A stretch of DNA of 64,000 nucleotides, taken from assembly GCF_036321535.1 (NCBI RefSeq), contig NC_087436.1, positions 36,396,001 to 36,460,000 of the forward strand, given 5' to 3'. Source of the DNA: Camelus dromedarius (taxonomy: Eukaryota). Position numbers and translations under genes: made by a program. Positions 52,094 through 64,000 of this stretch are shown piece by piece. Position 1 is the stretch's first letter; each line of letters opens with the position of its first letter. A model generated the notes under the pieces. That model made no database searches and had not been told where the DNA came from. It saw only the letters and a program-made list of their open reading frames with translations.

Positions 52094-53736
52094 TTTTTTA
52101 TTGAAGCATACTTGATTTAAAACATTGTATTAGTTTCAGGTGTATAACACAGTGATTCAATATTTTATATATTATATTCTATTTAAACTTATTATAAAAT
52201 ATTGTGCTGTAGAGTGTATCCTTGTAGCTTATTGACTTTATACATGCTAGTTTGTACCTCTTAATCCTCTACCCCTATCTTGCCCCTTCCCCCCTTCTTT
52301 CTCCCCACTGGTAACCACTAGTTTGTTCTCTGAAAGTTTTTTTCTGTCTTGTTATATTAATTCATTTGTTTCATTCTTTAGATTCCACATTTAAGTGATA
52401 ACATACAGTATTTGTCTTTCTGTCTGATTTATTTCACTAAGCATAATATGCTCCAGGTCCACCTATGCTGTTTCAAATGGCAAAATTTCATTCTTTTTTA
52501 TGGCTGGTAATACTCCATTGTATATATATACCACATCTTCATCCATTCATCTGTTGATGGACATTCAGGTTGCTTCCATATCTTGGCAACTGTAAATAAT
52601 TCTTGGGGTGCATATATCTTTCCAAATTAGTTTTTTCCTTTTCTTTGGATTTACACCTAAAAGTGACATTGCTGGATCATGTGGTGATTCTATTTTTAGT
52701 TTTTTGAGAAACCACCATACTGTTTTCAAAGTGGCTGCACCAATTTACATTCCACCACCAGTGTACAAGGATTCCCTTTTCTCCACATCTGCATCAACAT
52801 TTGTTATTTGTGTTTTTTTTTATGATAGCCACTCTGACAGATGTGAGGTGATAACTTATTTTGGTTTTGATTTGCATTTCTCTGATGATTAGTGATGTTG
52901 AGCATCTTTTCATGTGCCTATTGGCCATCTGTATATCTTCTTTGGAATAATGTCTATTCAGGTCTTCCGCCCATTAAAAAAAAATTTTTTTTTGATATTG
53001 AGTTGTATGAACTGTCTCAAAGCAAACTACAGATACAATGCCATCCCAATCAAAATACCTATGCAATTTTTCACAGGACTAGACCAAATAATCCTGAAAT
53101 TTACATGGAACAACAGAAGACTTCAAATACCCAAAGTAATCTTGAGAAAAAAGAACAAAGCTGGAAGTATCATGCTCCCTGGCTTCAGACTACACTACGA
53201 AGCTAGAGTAATCAAAACAGTATGTAGGTCAATGGAACAGACTACATTATGAAGCTAGAGTAATCAAAACAGACATGTAGGTCAATGGAAGAGAATAGAG
53301 AGCCCAGAAATAAACCCATGCACTTATGGTCAATGAATGTATGACAGAGGAGACAAGAATATACAATGGAGGAAAGATAGTCTCTTCAATAAACTGTGCT
53401 GGGAAAACTGGACAGCTACATGTAAAAGAACAAACTTAGAACAACAACAACAAAAAAAACCTCAAATAGATTAAATACCTAACTGTAAGACTGAAAACTA
53501 CAAAACTCCTAGAAGAAAACACAGGCAGAATATTCTTTGTCATAAATCACAGCAATTTTTTTGGATCTGTCTCCTAAGGCAAAGAAAAAAAAAAAAGAAC
53601 AAATGGGACCTAATTAAACTTAAAAGCTTTTGCACAGCAAAGGAAACCACTGGAAAAATGAAAAGACAACCTACTGAATGGGAGGAAATATTTTCAAATG
53701 TTATAACTCTTATAGAGTTAAAATCCAAAATACATA
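52094..53736 (-). mobile_element. LINE-1 with 5' inversion (twin priming)
   Basis: 52094-53013 is the L1 3' end on the minus strand. About 53014-53736 is upstream ORF2 sequence on the plus strand ([14 protein letters not shown]...). The two pieces are nearly contiguous in L1 coordinates. Confidence 0.85.
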
Positions 53737-54149
53737 CACACAGATTTTTTTGTCACCTCTTCGCTATTATCCATTCTATAACATGGTCATTATTGTCAAA
53801 ATGAAACATGAAATACAATTTATGAAGTTTTGTAGCTCAGATTAGCCTCAGCTGAAAAAGAAGAGATGTGTTATAAAGGCTTTTAGAATAACAGAAGATT
53901 GTAAGCCTTAGGTGTTTTGCAACACTAAATAAATGATGCATAATCAAGTATGACTAATAGATTTACTTCCTCACCACAAATTTAATCTGCTTACAAAGAA
54001 ATATAGTTCCCCTCTTCAGTATTTGATACCACTGATAATCTTCCATTTTTCTTCCCCACTGGTTCCCTAATATACCCTGTCCTAATCCTCCTACTACCTC
54101 TCTGATTTTGCCTTGTCTTTTTCTTTAGCTCTTCTTTGTTTCACCTTGA

Positions 54150-54615
54150 GTTTGTATTAGTTACATTATGTTCAGTTGAAAGCAACAAAGATCCAACTAA
54201 AGTGGCTTATACACACAAGGGTTTATTCTCTCCAGTGAAAGAAAATCTAGTGTCCAGAATGCTCAGAACTGGTATAGAAGAGCCTCATGAAGTCAATAGA
54301 AATTTGTGCCTTCTACTGTTTGGCCCATTGCATGTGACTTCCTCAAGGCCACCCCATGGCCAGCATGCCTGCTAGAGTCAGCCACTGCCTCTGCATTCCA
54401 AGCACTAGGAAAGAAAGAGGGCATGCTCTGTCCTAGAAGTCCCATACAACACTTCTGACATCACATAATTGGCCAGAACTTGGTCATGGGCCAACAGCTA
54501 CATGGTAAGCTGAGAAATGTGGTCTTTCATTGCAGGAGGTAATGTGCTCAGCTAACAGTTTGCATTCTGTTATTAAGGAAGATTGCGGAATCGGTACTGG
54601 GTAGGTAGATAGCAG
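54150..54615. mobile_element. Old MaLR (MLT1J/K-like) LTR
   Basis: aagtggcttatacacacaagggtttatt...attggccagaacttggtcatgg...gctgagaaatgtggtcttt. Confidence 0.55.
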
Positions 54616-57600
54616 TCTCATCAAACCTTCTTTTATCTCATCCCATATTCTACACTAGTAACCTTAACCAGCTCCACAGTTTCAGGGATGGACTCAAATC
54701 TCTTTCAGCCTCAATTTCTCTTCAGTTTTCCCTTCCCCATTTACATAATCCTGTTTGGCTTTTCAATCCAGACCTTTCTCTAGATTAGAATCTCAAATTC
54801 AATATGTCTAGAACCAAATTTATAATCATCTTGTTAAATTCCCAAACCAGCTTCCATGTAGTTCTTTGAAGCTTAAAGCCTACACTCAACACAACCAGCT
54901 GACTCCCCAAGAAGCAGTTTTCCAGTCTCGCTCAGTGTTTACTGCCTTAGGGGTAAAGAGCTTGCTGTGACCTGCACTGTGCTTCACATCACAGTTTACT
55001 TCTGATCTTATGTGATTCCCATAACCATTTGTAGAAAAAATTTTTTTTCAGTTTTTTTTGGTAATTGAGCAAAGCCTCCTATAGATGCAGGACTGGGCTT
55101 CCTATGTGACATCATTATAAAGTAAAATAAGTAACACTACCAAAAGGATGCAAAACAAGTGATTGGAAATATGGGTTTTAAACCAATTCTGGTTTATGCC
55201 AATTTGTCTTTTCAGTAAAACTATTTTTAAACAGATTATCTGGTGTGCGCCACATGGCTTTGTTGGTTGAGTGATGGTCCAACAGGGATGCTATTTGTAA
55301 AGTTCATCAATACAAATGAAGTTGTCCAGACAGCTTCTGTTCAGGTAAGAGCAGAGAGTTCTTTTTACCAGAATCTGCTGTGCAAATAACTCAAGAAACA
55401 ACAGTATCTTCTACATGCAAACAGAAATGAAGGGGAGGAGAGAATAATACTTGATATATGAGAAGGATAAATCTCAATATGTTTGGGGAGGAGAAGGGAG
55501 AAGGAAAAAGGGAAAGTGAAGAAGTCTGCTTCTGGTTGTCAGCAAAAGCTGATGTCATAAATAGAAATGCTAGAAGGTAATGCTGATGCCCTGCTTTCAT
55601 GGCTGCCACAGAGACACAGGTTGAGGTGAGTAAAATAACATACCAAATGTCCTTTGTGCATCCCTCTACTGAAATTGCTGTCTCTGAGGTCATTAATGCT
55701 GAAAGCTCTTGTCATTATTTATCCTACCTAACCTCTCCATAGCATAGCATCAGTCACTATAAATTACATAAGGATTTGAGTGAGCCTGATGACTTTTTCT
55801 ACTAGAAATATCCTTGAGTGTTCTCTACTTTTAAAAAAAATATTGAATTGAGGATGGAGTGGTAAGGGAGCAAGTGGTGAGGATTGTTTCAGAGCCAGTG
55901 ACAGACACTGTATGTTGTTTCCCCTGTACCCAGATCCAGCTCTCTTCTGACTCTATCTATTTTAGAGGATGCAAAAACAATTTATTTCTCAGTCTTTCTT
56001 GCTAGAATCCCCAGGCATTACCAAGTGACACCATTCTGGCAACAAGACAGAAAAAAAATTTTGTTAACATTAACCCCTTTCTCCTAGCCCCTCTCCTACT
56101 GTCTTGGATGAACATGGATGTGACGTCCAGAGCTGCAGTGTTCATCTTGTAAGTGATACACGAGGAAGAAAGCAGTCCTAACTGATATAGAGGCAAAGCA
56201 AATCCCAGCAGGAATGGCTACCTTTAAGCCCAGGCCATGCATGAGGCCTCCAGTCTCTGCTTCACCTAAACACATGTGACCAGATCAAGGAAGATGCTTC
56301 AGCCTAGCTCCAGTCCAGTTGCTGTAGGACAGTCCTGCTGACAATACCTTGTTTTCAACTGAGTGTGAATTTGAGTCACTCATCACTCTTATCTCCACCC
56401 ATCCATGATGTCCTCCTTCTCATCCCACTGTTACAAGAATCTACCTTGTTTTAGGCCCTTAACCTTTCAGTAGGGTCCCCACTCAGAAGCTCCCAGCCCC
56501 CTTTACCCTGCCAACCTGTTCTAGCTTGGTCACATCTCTGTCTGTTGATCCTTCCTGCCTTACCATGTCCTGTTTAGACAGGGCAGAGATAACATCATGG
56601 GGAAAGAAAGGACTGGAGGGCATTTATCTTCAACTCAAGCTCTAGCCAGAATGAGTTCTTTCATTGGCTTCCTGAGGCCAGCATTATGTTTATGAACTGT
56701 TAAATCCACAGAGGAACAGGAAGGACCCTGGGATGAAGGCTACTCTCAGCTACATTCCTATGTAGAAGAAGCAAAAATCTGTACAAAGCGGAGTAAAGTA
56801 AATTTACTAGGCTCTTTTTTTTCTGAAATCACCCTGACCCTTTTATGTTCCAACTGTACAAATAAAATTAAAATTAAATAATTCTTAATTCTAAGTCTAA
56901 AATTTACCAAAAAAGTCAACAGAGTTATTATTTTTTCCTCTGGGATAACATCCCCAGAAATCACAAGATGAGAGCCAATAATTTGTATGTCTGTTGTCCT
57001 TTGAGATACTTTTGAATCAATCCTCCCTTCTCTAGCATAGACTTATCTCCTTGACACAGTAGCAAGCTCTTTGAGGGCAGGGGCAGGGGGCTTCCATTCT
57101 CATGTAACCCACAGGGAAACTAGCACATTGTAGTCCACACTGTAGACTCAAGACAGTTTTAACGAGTATATGTAGATCACTTTCTTTACTCCAATCAAAA
57201 TACCTTCCAAAGTGATTTAGGCCACTTGTTAAACAGCAATCTTCTTAGATGGGAATGGAAAATTCCTGCTCTTTGGTGGTTCATGGGACAGCTTGAAATT
57301 AGATGGTAGGTGGTTTCTGTTTAGTTACTGTAGGTAGACAGCTTTTCTTTCTGAAGACATTGCCTTTTACAGTAACTGGCACTCCTGGTGTTTTTGGTTG
57401 GGAGGCTGAATGAGTCATGGAGGCCTCAGGTTACAATTGAGGCAGGTTTTAAAACCACATGGGAAAAATATTTCACCTGAGAAAACTGAAGTGTGTAACT
57501 ATCTATCATGACATCATCATCGTCTATCTGGTATTCATTCAACATACAATTGAGCCCTGCTAACTTATAGCCTAGTAGTAGATACAAACAAGTAGACAGG

Positions 57601-60600
57601 ACATGTTAATTGAGTACAATCATGACATGATTAATAGATAATTATGTACAGTATCATCACAGCAAATCCTGTGAATCCCTATATTAAAAAACAAGAATGA
57701 CAACCTATAAGCAGACCGCCACACAGCAATCAGAAGAGCTTGGGCAAGAAGAGTTTTTCCTGACACTCCAACTCAAAACAACAAGAGTAATGGCAACAAT
57801 TCTTCATACTTGCGAACAAAGGACAAGTTCTAAACCACTGTGACGTAGTTTGTTTAATCCATACAACAACCTTTTTGGAAAATACTTTATTACAACCCTT
57901 TATAGAAGAGGAAACTGTGGCTTAGGGAAGCTAAGTCACTCTGAAGGAGTGCTTTCACATTTTAATGGCAACAGCACGTGGTTCTCTTTATTATAGGCAT
58001 ACTCTGTACTGAGTGCTATTTGATCATTATTATCAATTTTCTAAATTAAACCCTTGTATTCCTAAACACTGTAAATAAGAATTGCTTTTATATGAGCAAG
58101 TGTGCAATTTACCAAAAATAAAAGCACCTTATGAGAAATGACTTGGGGACTGTGACTAAAAGACCCAGAACTACTTAGAAATTTCAAGTCTCACTTTCTT
58201 TTATCTTGGAATTCTTTTTAAGTGTCTCAATTTTAAAATGTTCCACTCTCCCCTACATGGGAAAAAAGTAAAACCTGTCTTTCTATTTTAAGTCTGTAAA
58301 AACATCTTGAATGATCCTTTACACTGCAGTCAATATTCTCAGGCAAACAGCATCGAGCAGCATTTCCCAGCCCAGCGGAGACTGAATGACCAGCTATGTG
58401 ATACCCTACAGATCCTCAAAACACAGCATTTTATAATCACAGTAATATCAATATGTACATCCTTCAAATTCACTTTTCCTTCAAAGCATGAAGAAATGTG
58501 AAAATCAGTAAATTCTACTGGTGGTAGCATAGTACCAAATATCCAGTATTTATACACACCAGCTATAGTTTGAATGCTTTCTTATTATCAGTCAAGACTT
58601 AAACATTTAAAATTGAATTTAAGTTTGTTTTTTAAAGTCAGTAAGTAGTGATATATTGACAACTGTATAAGCACTTCAATTATTTTAAATGTCTTCAGTC
58701 ACCATTGCCAAATCAATGAACACTTTACAATAAAACTTAATCTTTTAAAAATACAGTTATATTATGAAATCAGCTGTTACTATGCCTGAGAAGTCACTTG
58801 ATTTTGAAATAATAGGAGAGACCGATTTCTCTGCAGATTTCTCAGTCTTTTCTGGGGAATTTCACTGGTCTGTTTCTTTGCTTTTTCAGGAAGGGAGTGA
58901 GCATAGACCCTGTTTCCTGGGGGATAAGAAGGATATTAGGACAGTTGCCTGGTTTTCTGAAGGAAGATCACGTTCTGATTTTTCTCTGTGATTTTCTTAT
59001 TTGTCATGCCCCCAAAAGTCACATCACATTGGCAGAGGTGTATTTACCATGAAGAAAAAGGAGGTTAAGCATCGTGTTTCCTTACTTAAACTGATCCCTT
59101 CCAGGGCACTGGGAGGGTTCCTCTCAATGTGTTCCTATGGTCATATGTTCCTCTTCCTTCCAGTTTACCCCCTGTCACATCTTCCCTTGGGCCAAGTGGC
59201 ATGAGAATGGCATAAATATTTAGGGAGATTCGGCTAAGGCATGCTTTCTCAATGCAGTGACATTGCTCCTCACAGAGGCAAAACATCTCATTCTTTATGT
59301 ATAAAGCTCATAGATACACATTATATAAACATATATACAATATATCTTTGGCAGTAAAATTTCATGAAGGAGGCAATTAAGAAAAAAATGTCTAAGAACA
59401 TTCCTTGGAGAAAGGCGATAAATGGGAAAAAGAGGTTGAGAAACATTGGGCTAAGGGAGAATTACACTGGAAACATAGTTAGTTTAGGTTTAGTAGCATA
59501 TGCTCATATGGTTTGCAGTCCTCTTTGTTTATAGTTAAGCTATCGTAGGAATGGCCTCCAGGAGTGTTCCTACCGCCCTATGGTGCCAACTTATCTGTGT
59601 CGTGACATGAAGAGAAAGGGCTAGAGGTGGATTAACCATATGAATGTGTCCTGCCATGCCCAGCATCAGTAGATACGGGGAGCAGAGGAGAAAAAGTGCT
59701 TGAAATGTATGACATCAGAAGCTGCTCTACGAAAATTTCTTCTCATCACCAGAATCTTCACATGTATAAGCAAAGGATTTAGTTCGTGTAGATACCAAGT
59801 CAAAAACGGAAGTTCTCCTTGTCATGACAAAGCAACATGTACAAGTGGAAATGTACCATACATTTTTATGTGGACCACACAGATAGAACTGTTCAGATCT
59901 CTGTGTTGGGGGAACTCCATCTATTGCGGTACTAAAAGTAGTTAGCATGCTTGTGTGAATACAGTGAGTTCCACATTTTAGACATTTGACTATCAATCAT
60001 AAAAACAAAAGTTCAACAAAAGTCTGAATTACCTTTTAATTTTCTCAATAGAGGAAAATTTTTAAAAACCCTATGTAGCTGTCATTGGGAACTGCTTTTA
60101 CTTGTTCCTTTCATGTTTCACTGGAGTCTCTCACAGCTGGTGGAGAAAGGATGGGGCCCACATCATTGTCTTCCTTGAGTCTGGTGCCTACACCTCCCAC
60201 TCCTGGAAGGAGCAAGTTGGTCTGCTCCTGCCCAACTCCACAGATAAGCAGCTAGGGTGATTGTTTCTCTACTTTCAGAGCTTCTCTTTTTGCTAATGTT
60301 GAAAGATGGCTGTGACTCGAAGCATGAACCCTGAAGTTTGACCTTGGCTCTGCCACTCGGCAGCCACTGGACCATACTAAACGTCTCAGTACAGCCAAGT
60401 GACTCTAGTCTCTGCCTTTGTTATCACATGGTGTTCTCCCCATATGTCTCTCTTCACACACCGCCATCTTCTTCCAAGGACATCAGTCATATTGGATTAG
60501 GAACCCACCTTACTCTGGTAAGACCTCATCTTAACCAATTACTTCTGTGATGATCTGATTTCTAAATAAGGTGATGGGGATTTGGACTTCAATGTATCCT

Positions 60601-60974
60601 TTTTTGGGGTAGGATACAATGCAACCTCTAAGACGTGGCATTCCTCATCCCATGCTGATCCACACTGAGTCACATCAGCCTGGTCACTTCCTTGTGCCAT
60701 GATATCTTGTCCTATTTCAATTTCCTTGAAATCTCCTCTAGGAAATTAAAATCATATTCACAGTATTTGGGTTTAGGTTACAAAAATGGATATACTTAAG
60801 ATACATAGTTTGCTGTGTATAATTGGGGGAAAAATTTTTTCTCCTCAGCAGATGTAAGCTCCAAAAGTGTTTTAGAAGTAATGCTTCCCTGAATAACATA
60901 AAGTAGTAATCAAAGGTGGGCTCTTGCTTCTAACCAAAGGAGCTTGGTAGTAAAATGATTTAAAAAAAACCCAG

Positions 60975-61200
60975 CTAATATTTATTGAACAATCACTGTA
61001 TCAGACACTATTCTAAGCACTTTAGATACAGTAACTCATTAAATACATACACACAGCAGGAACTAAAGGAAGATACTGCCATCACCCAATCTTATAGTTA
61101 CTTAAGCACTGAGAGATCACAAAGCTAGTAAGTAGTGAGTGGTGGGGTTGCAACTGAAACCCAGCGGGCTGACTTCAGAGCCTCTGCTTTTAACCATGGC
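60975..61200 (-). mobile_element. MIR SINE
   Basis: gctaatatttattgaac...actattctaagcacttta...gaaacccag...ctgacttcagagcc...ttaaccat. Confidence 0.65.
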
Positions 61201-61447
61201 ATTTCTTGCCTCTAAACAAACAATATATGAATCTGTGAAAACAACAATTAATCAAATGACCCTTCAATAACTGACAGACTGAGTTTCACAATGAAACAAA
61301 GGGAAACAGTCTCAAGAGCATCTGGGGCATCACTGGCTAAATCCCAAATAAGAACTAACCTCTACTTCCTCTGAAGCATCTTGGGAGAGATGGATTGGTC
61401 ACTGCAGGCCTGAGATAAGAGGGAGAGCCTGGAAGAGACTCTAGGCC

Positions 61448-61620
61448 AGTGGTTCTCAACCATGCCTGTGCATCTGAATCACCTCGGAAGCTGTTAAAAA
61501 AATACCAGTGCTTGGACCCCACTCCTAAGATGCTAACTCAATTAGTCTGGGACAGGCTAGCCATTGGTATTTTCTCAAAAGCCCCTGAGTGATTCTAAAG
61601 TGCAGACAGGGTTGAGACAC
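61448..61620. mobile_element. MER5A MITE
   Basis: cagtggttctcaacc...gaatcacct...gtgattctaa...gggttgaga. Confidence 0.8.
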
Positions 61621-64000
61621 AGCTCGAGACATAGGGCAGGCTCCTGCCATTGCTGTTTTATACCCTTCCTGTCCTAAAGCTGTCCTGAAACCCAGCTCTA
61701 AACCTGCAGTGCCCACTGCCCCAACTTCAGAGGTCTAAGGTCAGGGCCCTGGAGACACACAGACACTTTCTGGAGCAGCCTTTATCACAATACCGATCCC
61801 ATGCAAGGGTGGGGTGCAAAGTCCTTCTTTGCCTCCTTCCCCTCAAAGTGATTTCACTCCACAAAGCTGGCACGCTCAGGGATTCCCTCAGTTCTCCCTC
61901 CAAAGGTGGCACCAAGAAGAAAAGCAAATGAGCTGCTGACACAGTTGAGACTTTGTATGAGCCTGGCACCCAGCCTGAGTTCACAGAGTAAGTGAGGACA
62001 CCAGGACCCAAGTTTGGGGCTGTCTACTACTTCCCAGGGTAAGGTTATGGCTCAGTTGTGATCCTTATCCTTTTTAATGACTATTTTAAATGAATTTTTA
62101 AATAAAGGCTATTTACCTTTCAATGTCAGTCACACAATTAATTTGAGCACCAAGAATGTAACTGAGGAGACCTCAGCAGGGCCTGGTAGAGCATGGTGGC
62201 TACAGCAGGAGCTGGGTGATGGGAGGACCACCATTGTTAAATCAGTGAGAAGGAGCTAGGGCCAGGGCAGCCCTCCAGAAGTTCTGTCCTACGCGGCCCC
62301 ACAGCCTTTGATTCCTAAATGGCCCACAGCCGTGGATGTGATGCATCCACCAGGACAAGTCTACCTGGGACTTAACCTCTATCTCAAGATCTTGGTGAAT
62401 TCTCTCTTTAAAAGTCATGTTCTGGTGAGTCTAATTTCTCAACCAAAATTCCATGTTAGACTTCATCCATGGATGTGAAGCTACAGTGATCCTAAGGAGA
62501 TAACCATGAAAGGATGTTGACTGGGAGGCAGGGAAAGAAGTATGTCCCTTCCAAGAAGAAAAAAAGTAACTAGAGATCTTGACTAGGGGAAAGACAGGGT
62601 TTTACTTAGTGACCTCATCTGTTCTCTTTCAGAAGTGGCAATGAAGAAAAACAGTTTCTTCCTCATTTTAGAACACAAAGAACTTTTAAAAAAATTGAAA
62701 ATCCCCACCTCAGGGAAGTTAAAACTTACAGTGAAATAAAGATCAGATATTTGACTCCTGGTATAGGTTTTTCAATTCTGGAGTGGTTTTTGATTCTAAG
62801 TATAGAGATTCAAGATGAAGAAAAAAAAAATCTACACAAGCCCAGGGAAAACAGGGTGAGACTGAATAATGATTGATGACAGCTAAGAATTTGTAAAGTG
62901 CCTAATTGTTCCTAAGCGTTTTTATTTATTTAATCATATTTTCTGTATTTTTTAACAACACGACATTGTTATACAGATAAATGTTTTTGCTTTGCAGTGT
63001 GTGTTCACATTTTAAAAAATGTAAGTGAGAGAGGATATTTTTTTCCATGAATTACATCTACAGGAAGTCTAACTGCATTCAAATTCAGCCACTGTGTTAT
63101 TAAGATTCTGCCCTTTGGAGCCCTGTGACCACACTCACCCACTTCCTCTCCTACTGATGTAAAGGGACTCACCCTCAGGGCAGAGTGGAGGAGATCACTA
63201 GGTAGGGCTTAGATGAATGTGTCAGGGAGAGGTACCAGGCTTTCTCAGATCCTCTGGCTCTTCTAGCTGCACATGCCTTCTCCCCGCCACCCAGCCCCTG
63301 GTTCATCCTCATAGTGATGTTCCTCTGGGCATTCTTCATCCATTCCTTTCTCTCCTCCACCTGTGCTTTTGCCAAATCCCATTAGGTTAAAGTCCCCATC
63401 CACCCTTTCTGCCCTCACTTTCAATCTCAGAATACAAAGTCACAAACCTGGGCTGAATGAATCCATAATAAAACCATGCAGCATGACCTGCTCGGCCATC
63501 ACCGCTACTTGACGAGGTTCTCTCTTTAACAGATGCACCAATAAAGGTTTAGAGTAAACCTTTCCACCAAGCCCCAGCATCACTGCTGCCACGCTCACCC
63601 TCAATAAACAGCTTCCCATCCTATGTAATATGGACCTAGGCCGCTCAATATAAACCTCCTATACTTTTTTCCTTTTCAAATTATATTTTCTTAGTATTTC
63701 ACACCCCTGCCCCACCAAGCTCTTTCTTCCTTCCTTTATGTCTCTTTCCCAGCCAGTCTACCAAGTTGACCCCACCACATTTCACTCCAGGAGCATCATT
63801 CTCTCAAAAACTCTATTTCTCTTGACCCTTTAATAATTCCCTCTCTGTCTCTCATGGACATATGTTCTTCTTTCAATAACATGCTCTAGCACCTTCTAGT
63901 CTTAAAAAAAAAAAAAAAACCCAAGAATCTTTCTAATGACACCACTTTTTTTTACCTTGTGTTAAAGTTATTTATACATATGTTTTATCTCCTTTACCAG

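Noticed and set aside
16500..64000. IL2 exons or any second protein-coding gene; CRISPR or other prokaryotic systems
   Set aside because: No IL2-like peptide or other recognisable exon was seen, and the sequence is mammalian intergenic DNA with no repeat-spacer arrays.

Overview
Mammalian genomic window, probably camelid, inferred from a tRNA-derived Vic-1-like SINE. It holds a complete, intact five-exon interleukin-21 gene on the + strand: CDS join(6680..6847,6956..6991,11651..11806,13638..13715,13808..13831), 153 aa. About 6.6 kb of upstream sequence precedes it. About 48 kb of gene-free, repeat-rich sequence follows, which by conserved synteny should be the IL21-IL2 interval. The least expected feature is a 5'-truncated HAUS2 (augmin subunit 2) retrocopy with a poly(A) tail in IL21 intron 2, in sense orientation and apparently polyadenylated inside the HAUS2 coding sequence. 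Other notable structure includes an intron-4 read-through matching the IL-21iso architecture, an L1-in-L1-in-L2 nest with readable TSDs, a twin-primed inverted L1, a nested ERV1 LTR cluster, divergent CTCF motifs downstream of IL21, and several T-cell-type motif clusters. Protein homologies and repeat family names are from recall, not database searches, and repeat boundaries are approximate unless a TSD is quoted.
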